A stretch of DNA of 64,000 bases from an uncultured bacterium (GCA_963716555.1 CAVQTJ010000002.1:241311-305310); one strand, 5' to 3'. Shown: positions 9,539 to 19,334, counted from the first letter of the stretch. Program-made: numbers and translations. The notes: generated by a model from the letters alone, not told the origin.

Positions 9539-10964
9539 GACCAGGATCCGCAGCAGCCGGCGCAAGCCCGGCGCGCTCTGCCAGTGCGGCGAGGATGCGC
9601 GGGGCGATCTTGTCGAAGCCTCCCAGCGAGAGCACCACCACGACATCCCCAGCTCGAGCCAAACCTGTCACCAACTCCACCCCCTCCGCACTGCTCGACA
9701 CCAGGTGGACCTCGCGACCCGAGACCCGGGCGGCGACGTCGGCGGACGACACCGTCGCCACCTGGTGGCGCTCCCGGGCCGCCTCGATGGGACCCAGCAC
9801 CACGATGTCGGCCTCATCGAAGCTGCGCCGGTAGTCCTCGAGCAGGGTGAGGGTGCGGGAGTAGGTGTGGGGGGTGTGGATCGCGATGATCCGGGCCCGG
9901 CCGTAGCGGGCCCGGGCGGCGTTGATCGCCGCCCACGCCTCGGTGGGGTGATGGGCGTAGTCGTCGACGACGGTGACGCCACCCGCCTCGCCGAGGACCT
10001 CGAAGCGACGGGCCGGCCCCCGGAAGTCGGCGCAGGCGGCCGCGCACACGTCGAGGGGGGCACCGGCGAAATGCGCCAGAGCCAGGGCGGCGGTGGCGTT
10101 GAGGCTATTGTGCCGGCCCGGAAAGGTGAGCCTGATCTCGGGGATGCGCAGCTCACGACAGTCGATGCGGAAGCGCTGCACGGCGCCGTCATCGCCCAGC
10201 CGCGACACCCGCCAATCGGCACCCGCCCCCTCGCCGTAGAGGATCGTCGGGCAGCTCGCGCGGGCCCGCAACGCCACCGCCTCGGGGTCGTCGCCGCAGA
10301 GCACCAGCAGACCGTCGGGCGGCATGGTCTCCGCCAGGCGGACGAATGGCTCCCGATATGCCTCAGGCGACGGGTACACGTCGGGGTGATCCCACTCCAG
10401 CCGGGTGACACAGGCGGCCGCGGGGCGGGTGTGCAGGAACTTGGGCCGGGGATCCCAGGGGGCGGTGGTGTACTCGTCGCCCTCGAAGACGAAGGGGCCG
10501 GTGCCCAGCCGGGCGCTGCCGCCCAGGTCGAGCGAGGAGGAGCCGAGCCGGAACCCCGGATCTTTGCCGGCGCGGGCCAGCATGTGGATGAGCAGGGCCG
10601 AGGTGGTGGTCTTCCCGTGGGTGCCGCAGACCGCGAGGCGCAGGCGGTCGCCGGTCAGGGAGACGTAGAACTCGATCTCGCTCTGCTGGGGCAGGCCGCG
10701 GCGCCGGGCCTCCAGCCACTCCTCGTTGTGGGGGCGCACCTGGTTGCCGACCACCACCAGGTCGGGGGTGCCCCAGCGGTCCAGATTGGCCGGGTCGTGG
10801 CGGTTCTCCCAGGGGATGCCGGCCGCGGTGATGACGTCCGAGACCGGGGGGTAGGCGTGCTCGTCGCTGCCGGTCACCAGGTCGCCCAGCTGCTGGGCGA
10901 GCAGCGCGGCGCCGCTCACCGCGTAGCCGCAGATCCCCAGGAAGTGGACGTGGCGCCGGCTCAC
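9525..10964 (-). CDS. murC: UDP-N-acetylmuramate--L-alanine ligase (Mpl-like MurC)
   Basis: Starts at a GTG overlapping the murG stop (GTGA). HVHFLGICGYAVSGAALL...GSDEHAYPPVSDV, P-loop CGTHGKTTTSAL. The N-terminal region resembles Mpl more than classical MurC. Confidence 0.85.
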   Translation of the reverse strand: MSRRHVHFLGICGYAVSGAALLAQQLGDLVTGSDEHAYPPVSDVITAAGIPWENRHDPANLDRWGTPDLVVVGNQVRPHNEEWLEARRRGLPQQSEIEFYVSLTGDRLRLAVCGTHGKTTTSALLIHMLARAGKDPGFRLGSSSLDLGGSARLGTGPFVFEGDEYTTAPWDPRPKFLHTRPAAACVTRLEWDHPDVYPSPEAYREPFVRLAETMPPDGLLVLCGDDPEAVALRARASCPTILYGEGAGADWRVSRLGDDGAVQRFRIDCRELRIPEIRLTFPGRHNSLNATAALALAHFAGAPLDVCAAACADFRGPARRFEVLGEAGGVTVVDDYAHHPTEAWAAINAARARYGRARIIAIHTPHTYSRTLTLLEDYRRSFDEADIVVLGPIEAARERHQVATVSSADVAARVSGREVHLVSSSAEGVELVTGLARAGDVVVVLSLGGFDKIAPRILAALAERAGLAPAAADPGHAGG

Positions 10965-12121
10965 CGCAGCGCCGCCGCCGCGCCGGCGGCCCGGGCCGGC
11001 CTGGGCTGGGCCAGCTGGCGGATCAGCTCCACCACCCTGGCGGTGGCCTCGGGGCGGCCCAGGGCCCAGCTCCTGGCCGCCATCTCCTTCCAGCGGCGGG
11101 GGTGATCGACGATCGCCTCCAGCTCCTGGAGCAGGCGGGGCCCGTCGCACTGCGCATCGGGGACGAGCACGGCTGCGCCGGCCCGAACGTAGGGGACGGC
11201 ATTGTGCCGCTGATGGTCGCCGGCGTGCGGGTAGGGGACCAGGATCATGGGGCGCCCCATGGCGCTGACCTCGGCCAGCGACGAGCCCCCGGCCCGCATC
11301 ACCACCAGGTCGGCCCAGCCCACCCGCTCGGCGGCGTCGGCGAAGAAAGCGCTCACCTCCCAGCGCCGGCCCAGCTCGGGGTCCAGGGCGGCACGGGCGG
11401 CGAGCACCTCCTGCTCGTCGAGCTGGCCGCACTGATGGGCGATCTCCAGCTCGGGATGGGTGTCCAGCAGGTGGGCGGCGGAGTCGATGAGAGCACGGTT
11501 GATCCGCCGGGCTCCCTGCGACCCGCCCCACACCAGCAGATGGCTGCAGCGGCTGCCCAGGGGTGGTGCGCCGTGGCGGAACTCGGCCCGGATGGGGTTG
11601 CCGGTGACCTCGACGCGGGGGGCACCCAGCGGCCGTCCCGCCTGGGGGAAGGAGACCGCCACCGCCGCGGCCCGGCGGGCCAGCAGCCGGGTGGCCCGCC
11701 CCGGCTGGGCGTTCTGCTCGAGCAGCAGGACCGGCACCCCCTCCCGACCGGCGGCGAGGACCACCGGCACCGAGACGTAGCCGGCGGCCCCGACCACGGT
11801 GTCGGGTCGGAACCGGCGGATCAAACGCCTGGCCTCGCGCACCGCCCTGGGCAGGCGCGCGGTGAAGCCGGCGAGGCTTCCCGGGCGGGTCAGGTCGAGG
11901 CCGTGGATCTCCAGGGTCTCGAGGGGGATGCCGGAGCGCTCCAGCAGGGCCTCGGCGACCCCTCCGCGCCGGCCCACCAGGAGCACCGCCCCCTCAGGGT
12001 CGGAGCCGCGCAACTCGTCGGCGACCGCCAGGGCCGGGGTCAGGTGACCTCCCGTCCCGCCCCCGGCTATCAGCGTTCGCACGACTGGGCGCCCCCTGGC
12101 GTCGGCCCTGCGCCGACACAT
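10961..12121 (-). CDS. murG: Undecaprenyldiphospho-muramoylpentapeptide beta-N-acetylglucosaminyltransferase
   Basis: IAGGGTGGHLTPALAVA, EQNAQPGRATR and AGGSSLAEV motifs. An alternative GTG start at 12085 (VVRTLIAGGG) is possible. Confidence 0.9.
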   Translation of the reverse strand: MCRRRADARGRPVVRTLIAGGGTGGHLTPALAVADELRGSDPEGAVLLVGRRGGVAEALLERSGIPLETLEIHGLDLTRPGSLAGFTARLPRAVREARRLIRRFRPDTVVGAAGYVSVPVVLAAGREGVPVLLLEQNAQPGRATRLLARRAAAVAVSFPQAGRPLGAPRVEVTGNPIRAEFRHGAPPLGSRCSHLLVWGGSQGARRINRALIDSAAHLLDTHPELEIAHQCGQLDEQEVLAARAALDPELGRRWEVSAFFADAAERVGWADLVVMRAGGSSLAEVSAMGRPMILVPYPHAGDHQRHNAVPYVRAGAAVLVPDAQCDGPRLLQELEAIVDHPRRWKEMAARSWALGRPEATARVVELIRQLAQPRPARAAGAAAALR

Positions 12122-13271
12122 TGCAGAGTATCCCCATCCCGGCCAGGTTCATGATCAGGGCGCTCCCCCCGTAGCTGATGAAGGGGAGCGGGATGCCGGT
12201 GGTGGGGATCAGCACGGTCACCGCGGCCACGTTGATGAAGGCCTGGACGCAGATCCAGGCGGTGACCCCGCCGGCCAGCAGGGCCCCGAAGCGGTCGGGG
12301 GCGCGCAGCGCCGCCCGGATCCCCCGCCAGGCGAGAAAGGTGAACCCCAGCACCACGGCGGAGGTCCCGATCAGCCCGAGCTCCTCGCCGATGATCGCGT
12401 AGATGAAGTCGGTGTGCGCCTCGGGCAACCAGCTGTACTTCTGGATTGAATTTCCCAGGCCCACCCCGGTGAGACCCCCACTGCCCAGGCCGTAGAGGGC
12501 CTGGATCCCCTGCCAGCAGGCGTTCAGGGGGTCGTTGATCACCGCCGACTGGCCGACGCAGGTCAGCCGGCTGAGCCGGTAGGGCTCCATGGAGACGGCC
12601 AGCCAGCCGACCCCGCCCCCCAGGGCGATCAGGGCGAGCATGTGGCGGTAGCGGGCCCCGGCCAGGAAGAGCAGCAGCCCCCCCACCGCGGCCAGGACGA
12701 TGGTGCTGCCCAGGTCCTTCTCGGCGAGCACCAGCAGCACCGGGATGACCAGCAGGATGCAGTAGTCGCGCACCCCCCGCCAGCTGCGGATCAGGTCGCC
12801 GCGGTCGCTCAGCCAGCGGCCCAGGACCACGATCACCGCCAGCACGGCGATCGCCGAGGGCTCGAGCTGGACCACCCCGAGGTCGAACCAGCGGCGCGAG
12901 CCATTGGCCTCGACCCCGATGTGGGGCACCAGGACGGCGAGCAGCAGCACCACCGTGATCAGGCCGATGGCCCGCGAGAAGCGGGTGAGGTGGTGATAGT
13001 CCACCCGGGCGAGCACCAGCATCGCCACCGCGCCGATCAGCAGGAAGACCAGCTGGCGTTCGAAGTAGTAGCTGGGGTTCCCGGTCTCCTGATAGGCCAG
13101 CACCTCGGAGGCGCTGTAGACCATCACCAGCCCGAAGGCGCAGATCGCGGCGACGCCCACGAAGAGCCAGCCGTCCACCGCGGCGAGCCCCCGCGCGGCC
13201 GGCACCAGATCCACCCGCGCGCGGCGGATGGGCAGGTTGAGGGTGCGGGGCGGGACGCTGGACGAGGCCAT
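11994..13271 (-). CDS. ftsW: SEDS-family peptidoglycan polymerase/flippase FtsW
   Basis: 10-TMS profile with SEDS motifs (RRWFDLGVVQLEPSA, LPEAHTDFIYAIIGEELG, IPLPFISYGGSA). The C-terminal tail overlaps the murG start. Confidence 0.85.
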   Translation of the reverse strand: MASSSVPPRTLNLPIRRARVDLVPAARGLAAVDGWLFVGVAAICAFGLVMVYSASEVLAYQETGNPSYYFERQLVFLLIGAVAMLVLARVDYHHLTRFSRAIGLITVVLLLAVLVPHIGVEANGSRRWFDLGVVQLEPSAIAVLAVIVVLGRWLSDRGDLIRSWRGVRDYCILLVIPVLLVLAEKDLGSTIVLAAVGGLLLFLAGARYRHMLALIALGGGVGWLAVSMEPYRLSRLTCVGQSAVINDPLNACWQGIQALYGLGSGGLTGVGLGNSIQKYSWLPEAHTDFIYAIIGEELGLIGTSAVVLGFTFLAWRGIRAALRAPDRFGALLAGGVTAWICVQAFINVAAVTVLIPTTGIPLPFISYGGSALIMNLAGMGILCNVSAQGRRQGAPSRANADSRGRDGRSPDPGPGGRRRVARLRP

Positions 13272-13349
13272 TCGGCTCCTGCAGTGCGGTGACGTCGAGG
13301 GAACGAGAGCGGGACTCAGGCCAGATGGGTATTGTGGCCCAACTCGGGC

Positions 13350-14309
13350 TCACGTGGCGGCGCCATGCGCGACCAGCAGGGTGGCCGCCAGGGCGATCGC
13401 GCCGGCGCCGGCGAAGAGCAGCACCAGCCGCTCCTCGCGGATCCCCAGGATCTCGAAGTGATGGTGCAGGGGGCTGGCCCGGAAGACGTGACGGCCGAAG
13501 CGGGTGATCGCCCCCACGTTGATGATCACGCTGGCGGTCTCGACCAGGAAGACGATGCCGAGCAGGGGAAGGAGCCAGAGCAGGCGGGTTTGGACCGCGA
13601 TCGCGGTGAGCGCGGCGCCGAGCCCGAGAGCGCCGGTGTCGCCCATGAAGACCCGCGCGGGATGCCAGTTGAAGACGAGAAAGGCCACAACTCCCCCGAG
13701 CAGGGCGCTGGCGATCAGCACCGCGCTGGGGGCGTGGAACCACAGCCCGGCGGCGATGGCTCCGACCAGGGTCAGGGCGACGCAGGTCCCGGCCAGCCCG
13801 TCGACCCCGTCGGTGAGGTTCACCGCGTTGGTGGTGGCCACCACCGCGAGCGCGGCGAGGGGGACGATCCACCAGCCCAGGTTCACCATCCCCGCCCCGG
13901 GGAGGTCCTGGGCGGTGGCTCCGATCTGGTGCAGGCCAAAGCCCACAGCCACGCCGACCACCACCTGGAGGGCGAATTTCTGGCGCACCGCCAGACCCAG
14001 CGAGCCGAGCCCGCGCACGTTGGCGAGGTCGTCGAGGATCCCGACCGCTGCGCCCGCGACCAGCGCGTAGACGATCACGAAGCCGGCCCGGCTGCGGTCG
14101 GCGATCAGCCAGGCGCCGACCGCGATCAGGCAGAAGAGAACGCCGCCCATGGTGGGGGTGCCGGCCTTGATCCGGTGGGTCGAGGGGTTGTAGGCCTGGA
14201 TCATCTGGCCGGCGCCGAGGCGCACCAGGACGGTGAGCAGGGCCGGGTAGAGGGCCACCCCGACCACGAAGCAGACCGCGGCGGTGAGGGCGGCGGTCTT
14301 CATGTCCAT
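13350..14309 (-). CDS. mraY: Phospho-N-acetylmuramoyl-pentapeptide transferase
   Basis: GTPTMGG, DDLANV, NAVNLTDGVDGLA, MGDTGALGLG and HHHFE motifs. Confidence 0.9.
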   Translation of the reverse strand: MDMKTAALTAAVCFVVGVALYPALLTVLVRLGAGQMIQAYNPSTHRIKAGTPTMGGVLFCLIAVGAWLIADRSRAGFVIVYALVAGAAVGILDDLANVRGLGSLGLAVRQKFALQVVVGVAVGFGLHQIGATAQDLPGAGMVNLGWWIVPLAALAVVATTNAVNLTDGVDGLAGTCVALTLVGAIAAGLWFHAPSAVLIASALLGGVVAFLVFNWHPARVFMGDTGALGLGAALTAIAVQTRLLWLLPLLGIVFLVETASVIINVGAITRFGRHVFRASPLHHHFEILGIREERLVLLFAGAGAIALAATLLVAHGAAT

Positions 14310-14337
14310 CGGTCGGCGACGGGGCACATCGTCTTCG

Positions 14338-14546
14338 GGGGGACCGCCGTCTCGCGCCTACGGCGCTCGCGGCTCGTGCTCGGCGCGGTTGCAGCCCGCG
14401 CCTGTGCAAGCCCCCCTGCGACGACGTCCCCCATCGCCGCTCTCTCGCTGAGCATCACGATCATCTCGCTCGTCTAACGGTCCAGCGCCCGGCCCGGTTG
14501 CGGCCCGGGGCCTGTGCAAGCCCGTGCGACGACGTGCCCCAGCGCC
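14338..14546. repeat. One full plus one partial copy of the same intergenic repeat family as 8362-8540
   Basis: The full copy at 14338-14436 carries the identical 46-nt core. A partial direct copy at 14486-14546 reads GGCCCGGTTGCGGCCCGGGGCCTGTGCAAGCCCGTGCGACGACGTGCCCC. Confidence 0.8.
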
Positions 14547-14562
14547 GCCTCATCGCACGCAG

Positions 14563-15936
14563 TCATGCCCGCAGCGCCTCGACGACGGTCTCGAGGTGGA
14601 GGGCGCGGCTGCCCTTGACCAGGACCACCATCCCGGGCACCAGGTGACGCTCGGCCAGGGCGGCGGCGGCCTCGGCATCGCCCAGCCTGCTCGACCCGGG
14701 CCGGGAGCATGCCGGCGTCGATCGCCGCCTCGGCCATGGTGGCGGCCTATTCGCCGACCGCGATCAGCCGGGTGGCGGTGCGGGCGGCGAGCCTGCCGGC
14801 CTCCCGGTGAGCCGCGGGCGCGTGGGCGCCGAGCTCCAGCATGTCCCCAATGATGGCGAGCCGGTCCGGGGCGCCGCTGGAGGCGAGCAGGTCGAGGGCG
14901 GCGGTGAGGGCCGACGGGCTGCTGTTGTAGCTGTCATCAATGAGAGTTGATGCGGCCCGGCCGGGCAGCACCTGGCCCCGGTGGGCCTCGGGGCGGAACT
15001 CGGAGAGCCGGGTCGCCGCCTCGCGATGCCCACCCCGAGGGCAGAGGCGGCAGCCGCGGCGGCGACGGCGTCGAGGAGCAGGTGGCGGCCGGGCACCCCC
15101 AGGCGCAGGGGGGCTCGGCCGTCGGGGCCGGCCAGGGTGCAGCGGATGCCGGAGACCCCGTCCTCCACCACGTCCTCCACCCTCCAGCCCGCCTCGGGGC
15201 TGTCGACCGCGAACCAGCTCACCGGCGCACGGCTCCGACCGGCCACGCCGACCACCCGGGGGTCGTCGGCGTTGAGCACCGCCCTGCCGTCAGCGGGCAG
15301 GGCGTCGAGCAGCTCCGCCTTGGCATCGGCGATGGCCTCCTCGGAGCCGAGCAGGCCGATGTGGGCCTGGCCGACGTTGAGCAGGATCCCGACCCGCGGA
15401 TGGGTGAACGAGGCCAGGTCGGCGATCTCGCCCCTGGCGGTCATCGCCATCTCGGCCACCAGAAACTCCACCGGGGGCTCCAGCCGCAGCACCTGGATCG
15501 GGATCTGGGTCCAGGTGTTGAGGTTGCCCGGGGTCCTGGCGGTCGGCCGGCCGGAGAGGGCCAGGGCGCACATCTCCTTGGCGGTGGTCTTGCCCACCGA
15601 GCCGGTCACCCCGATCACGGTGGTTCCGAGCTCGGCCAGGCGGCGGGAGCAGGCGGTGCGCAGGGCAGCGGCGGTGTCGGGGACCCGGATCAGCAGCTCG
15701 GGCACGGCCCCGTCAGGCTGGAAGCGCTCGGAGACCACCGCCAGCACCGCGCCGCGCCGGGCCGCATCGGAGACGAAGGAGTGGCCGTCCTGGACCTCTC
15801 CGACGAGGGCGATGAACCCCGCCCCCGGGGTCACCGCTCGGGAGTCGCTGACCAGGTCGCGGAGGTCGAGCCGGGCGCCGGGCGGGGCCTCGAGGCGGCC
15901 GCCCAGAAGGGCGGCGAGAAGGTCGGCTGGGAGCAC
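14563..15936 (-). pseudogene. murF: UDP-MurNAc-tripeptide--D-alanyl-D-alanine ligase, disrupted
   Basis: N-terminal 300 aa are intact (GVTGSVGKTTAKEM). There is a frame change near 15027, an in-frame TAG at 14747-14749 and a second frame change near 14690. The C-terminus VLVKGSRALHLETVVEALRA is recovered only after correcting these. Confidence 0.8.
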
Positions 15937-16003
15937 CGGCGGATGGTCGCACAGAGCGGAGGCCTCCGCACCGCGGGTGTCCGCCCTTGAAAACCGAGGT
16001 GCC

Positions 16004-16123
16004 TCAGCCGGGCGAGTGCCGCAGCGCCGTGGAGCGATCCTCTCGCCGCGACCGGGCGAACGCGTCCAGCCGTGGGAGCAGATCGTCGTCCAGGACCGCG
16101 TTGATGCGAACGGTGTGACTCAT
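16004..16123 (-). CDS. 39-aa RHH/CopG-like antitoxin fragment
   Basis: Translated by hand (not in the ORF track): MSHTVRINAVLDDDLLPRLDAFARSRREDRSTALRHSPG. It has an RHH-like beta-strand and helix 1 and looks truncated. Confidence 0.35.
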   Translation of the reverse strand: MSHTVRINAVLDDDLLPRLDAFARSRREDRSTALRHSPG

Positions 16124-16144
16124 CTCAGGGGTGTCGGCTCGCAC

Positions 16145-16573
16145 TCAGGTCCTTCCGGTAACCGGGAGCAGGGTGAAGCGCCCACCGTTCAATGGCCGAA
16201 GCGCGCCGAAATGGCCGTTGTCAAAGCTTGCGATCCGGCGCGTGCCGGCTCTGGCGGCGACGACCACGACGCTCAGGTCAGCCAACCCGACGTCGAGATC
16301 TGAATAGCGACGTTCAAGCTCGCGGACGACGGCATGGTCATCGCGATCCAGGCAGACGACGCGGAAGCGCCCCGCAGCCAGGTCGTCAAGGAAGGCGAGC
16401 CGGGAGGAGCGACCCAAGCGCCGGCCGAGGAGGTAGTCGACCTCGGCGGTGACCGGAGCGGGGATCAGCAACTCTCCGGCCTCCTCTCTCACCAACGTCT
16501 CCACTCGCTGTCTCATCGGGTCTCGCCGATCCCCAAGGGCAATCAGCGGCGCGGTATCGAGAACGAGGGTCAA
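16145..16573 (-). CDS. vapC: PIN-domain toxin (VapC-like)
   Basis: LVLDTAPLIALGD..., conserved acidic residues, C-terminal IASFDNGHF. 4-bp overlap with the upstream antitoxin. Confidence 0.8.
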   Translation of the reverse strand: MTLVLDTAPLIALGDRRDPMRQRVETLVREEAGELLIPAPVTAEVDYLLGRRLGRSSRLAFLDDLAAGRFRVVCLDRDDHAVVRELERRYSDLDVGLADLSVVVVAARAGTRRIASFDNGHFGALRPLNGGRFTLLPVTGRT

Positions 16574-16797
16574 GCGCCGAAACCAGCGAGAAGCTCCCCC
16601 TCGGAGAGGTCGGCGACGGACCCTCCCGGTCCCTCTCCACTTCCAATGAGAGAAAAGTTTCGATCGCCGGTGCGCGCCGGCTCGTACAGGCGGATGGCCC
16701 GCCGGATGACATCAGCCTGAGAGGTCCCCTCCTCCTCCGCGAGGACGGCGAGCCGGGCAACCTCCTCATCGGTGAGGTAAACGCTGGTCTTGTGCAC
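16570..16797 (-). CDS. RHH (CopG-like) antitoxin
   Basis: GTG start. VHKTSVYLTDEEVARLAVLAEEEGTSQADVIRRAIRLY. Confidence 0.7.
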   Translation of the reverse strand: MHKTSVYLTDEEVARLAVLAEEEGTSQADVIRRAIRLYEPARTGDRNFSLIGSGEGPGGSVADLSEGELLAGFGA

Positions 16798-16886
16798 TAA
16801 CGTAGGGTAGCACGTAGGGCATACCCCTGCGAAATCCAACTCCCCGTGCTCATCCGGCCGAGTTCCGGGCCCGGCAGCGCCTTCCC

Positions 16887-17288
16887 TCAGCGGAGCCGGC
16901 GTGCCATCAGCGGGCGGACCTTCGCGATGCGGTCGAAATCGCGGTCGACGTGGACCACGCCGATCCCGTGGTGGAGGGCGGTCTCGGCGATCAGCAGGTC
17001 GGGGATCGGCGTTCGATGCCACATACCGTGGTGGTGGGCGAGATCCTGTTGCAGGCGAAGTGCCCGATCGAGGATGTCGGCCGGCGCCGCGACGACCTCG
17101 AAGCTCGCATGCAACTCCTCCTTCAGGGCGTCGTAGCCGCGGGCTGAGCGGGCCGAGTAGAGCTGTTCCAGCTCACCGACGGGGCACACGCAGAGGCGAC
17201 CCGCGAGCTCGCCGATGGCGGCGGCGATCCGCGCATCACCCGCACGGGCGGCGGCGCTCTTGTCGAGGAGCCACCCCTCTACCTCCAC
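16887..17288 (-). CDS. vapC: PIN-domain toxin (VapC-like)
   Basis: 133 aa. ...PDLLIAETALHHGIGVVHVDRDFDRI is a typical PIN C-terminus. Overlaps the antitoxin stop. Confidence 0.8.
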   Translation of the reverse strand: MEVEGWLLDKSAAARAGDARIAAAIGELAGRLCVCPVGELEQLYSARSARGYDALKEELHASFEVVAAPADILDRALRLQQDLAHHHGMWHRTPIPDLLIAETALHHGIGVVHVDRDFDRIAKVRPLMARRLR

Positions 17289-17506
17289 ATCTCCTCCGAT
17301 GTCAGGACCCGAGGGTCGGCCAGCCGGGACAGCCTGGCGAGGTAGGCACGCTGGCGCTCCGCGCGAGCGGTCAGCTCACCCTCCGCCTGATCGGCCGCGC
17401 GGCGCAGCGCCTCCTCCACCGTGGCTCGGGTCGTGGCCTTGCCAAGGGCACGGCGAGCCCGAGCGACCAGGGCGTCGTCGAGCTCGATCGTGGTGCGAAC
17501 CTTCAT
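17279..17506 (-). CDS. vapB: VapB-type antitoxin (DUF2191-like)
   Basis: MKVRTTIELDDALVARARRALGKATTRATVEEALRR is a characteristic type II antitoxin N-terminus. Confidence 0.75.
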   Translation of the reverse strand: MKVRTTIELDDALVARARRALGKATTRATVEEALRRAADQAEGELTARAERQRAYLARLSRLADPRVLTSEEMWR

Positions 17507-17609
17507 ATGCATGCATAGCATAGATCATGTGTATGCATACAGTGCCCCCGCCGGGGCGCAGCCGGTCGGGCGGTTGTGGTCGGGAAGACGTCTTGAGGCA
17601 CGGGTGCGG

Positions 17610-18083
17610 TCAGGGCGGCGCCACCAGCCGGGCGGCGCGCTCGCGAGACGCGTCGTCGGCCATTGCAGCGCGGAGCACCGCGTCGGCGGCGGCGAGCTGC
17701 GCACGGTCCACCCGGCCGGACAGCTCCCGGTTGAGCCTGTCGATCACCATGACCACCGCCTCGGCGTAGCCCGCCCCGGCATCGGTGAGGATCACGTTCA
17801 CCTGCCGGGCGTCACCCTCGTCGCGCTCGAATCGAGCGTAGCCACGCCGCTCCAACCCGCCGGCGATCTTCCGAGCGGCCTGGCGGGTCACCCCCAGGGC
17901 CGTCCCCAGCGAGCCGATTGACGCCGGACCGCGGCGGAGCGCCCGCATCACGGCGGCGTCGGAGCGGAGGTACTCGGGGTAGCCGGCCGCCGCAAGATGG
18001 CGGGCCATCTGGCTCACCCAGCTCTGCCGGGCGAGAGCGAGCAGGTCGCCGAAGAGGTATGGCCGCGTTGACTTCCGGGGCAC
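17610..18083 (-). CDS. MarR-family transcriptional regulator
   Basis: wHTH region IGSLGTALGVTRQAARKIAGGLERRGYARFERDEGDARQVNVILTDAG. GTG start at 18083 inferred; start uncertain. Confidence 0.7.
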   Translation of the reverse strand: MPRKSTRPYLFGDLLALARQSWVSQMARHLAAAGYPEYLRSDAAVMRALRRGPASIGSLGTALGVTRQAARKIAGGLERRGYARFERDEGDARQVNVILTDAGAGYAEAVVMVIDRLNRELSGRVDRAQLAAADAVLRAAMADDASRERAARLVAPP

Positions 18084-18105
18084 GGTGCCAGCATACTTGG
18101 AAGAT

Positions 18106-19286
18106 ATGCAACCTGGTTGCGTTTTCTCCAGGCACCGACCCTGCCGACCCCCCGCGCTGTTGCTCATGCTGGTCACGGGCCTGGCTCTGCTGAGCGCGGC
18201 CTGCCGATCTGCGAGCCCCTCCTCGACCGGCGAGACCGACACCGCCGGCACTGTCTGGCTGTGCCGACCGGGGATGACGAACGATCCGTGCGCGGGCAGC
18301 CTCGCCACCACCGTCGTCTCTGCTGGCGGCGCCCGCAGCACCCTGGATCCTGCGGTGGACGCGCAGTCGGCGTTCGACTGCTTCTACGTCTATCCCACGG
18401 TCAGCACCGAGGCCGCCGACAACGCCGACCTCACCGTGCAGCCTGCCGAGACAGACATCGCCATGGCTCAGGCCGCCCCGTTCTCGCAGGTGTGCAAGGT
18501 GTGGGCCCCGATGTACCGGCAGCGGACGGAGTCCTCGCTACTGAAGGGGCTGGGTGACGATCCGCAGGCCGACACCACCGCCTACAACAGCCTCCTGGCG
18601 GGGTGGAAGGACTACCTCGCCCACTACAACGACGGCCGACCGATCATCCTCATCGGTCACTCCCAGGGGGCGGCGATGCTGATCCGCCTGATCTCCCAGC
18701 AGGTCGATCCCGACCCATCGCTGCGGGCCCGGGTGGTCGTCGCCATCATCGCGGGTGGCAACGTCGCTGTTCCCACGGGCGAGACGGTGGGGGCCACCTT
18801 CCAGCACATCCCCCTCTGCACCGCTCCGCCCAGACGGGATGCATCGTCGCCTACTCCACCTTCCCCTCGGAGCCGCCGGCCAACTCCGACTTCGGCCGGC
18901 CCGGACAGGGGGTCAGCCTGCAGTCCGGCCAGACCGCCACCCAGGGTGTCCAGGTGGCCTGTGTCAACCCGGCGGCGCTGGGCGGCGGCACCGGGGAACT
19001 GCAGCCCCTCTTCCCCGCCTCGACCTCCACACCGCCGCCGCCCCAGGTGACCACCCCCTACGTCACCTACCCTCACCTTTACTCCGCTGCCTGTCAGTCC
19101 GCGGGCGGCGCCACCTGGCTCCAGGTCACCACGCTGGCGCAGACAGTGGGCTCGCGCCCCGTCGTCTCCGAGCCGCTCGGCCCCGCCTGGGGCTATCACC
19201 TCGACGACATCAACCTCGCGCTGGACAACTTGGTCGACGACGTCCGCGCCGCCGAGGATGCGTACACCGCTATCCGGCCATCCTGA
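18106..19286 (+). pseudogene. Alpha/beta-hydrolase lipoprotein (DUF3089-like), frameshifted near 18825
   Basis: Lipobox LLSAAC and nucleophile elbow ILIGHSQGAAML. The C-terminal 150 aa (AQTGCIVAYSTFPSEPP...GYHLDDINLAL) are in a different frame. Confidence 0.7.
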
Positions 19287-19334
19287 GATTGCGAACGGTT
19301 CCGTCTGGGTTCTCTTGATGATGCGTGGGCTGGA

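Noticed and set aside
12070-14409. 779-aa minus-strand ORF spanning ftsW and mraY
   Set aside because: It is an alternative frame of genes with clear SEDS and MraY motifs. The product is Arg/Pro/Gly-rich, and its start lies in the intergenic repeat element.
16004-17506. TA islet as part of an integrated mobile element
   Set aside because: No integrase, transposase, tRNA target or flanking direct repeats are visible in the window.
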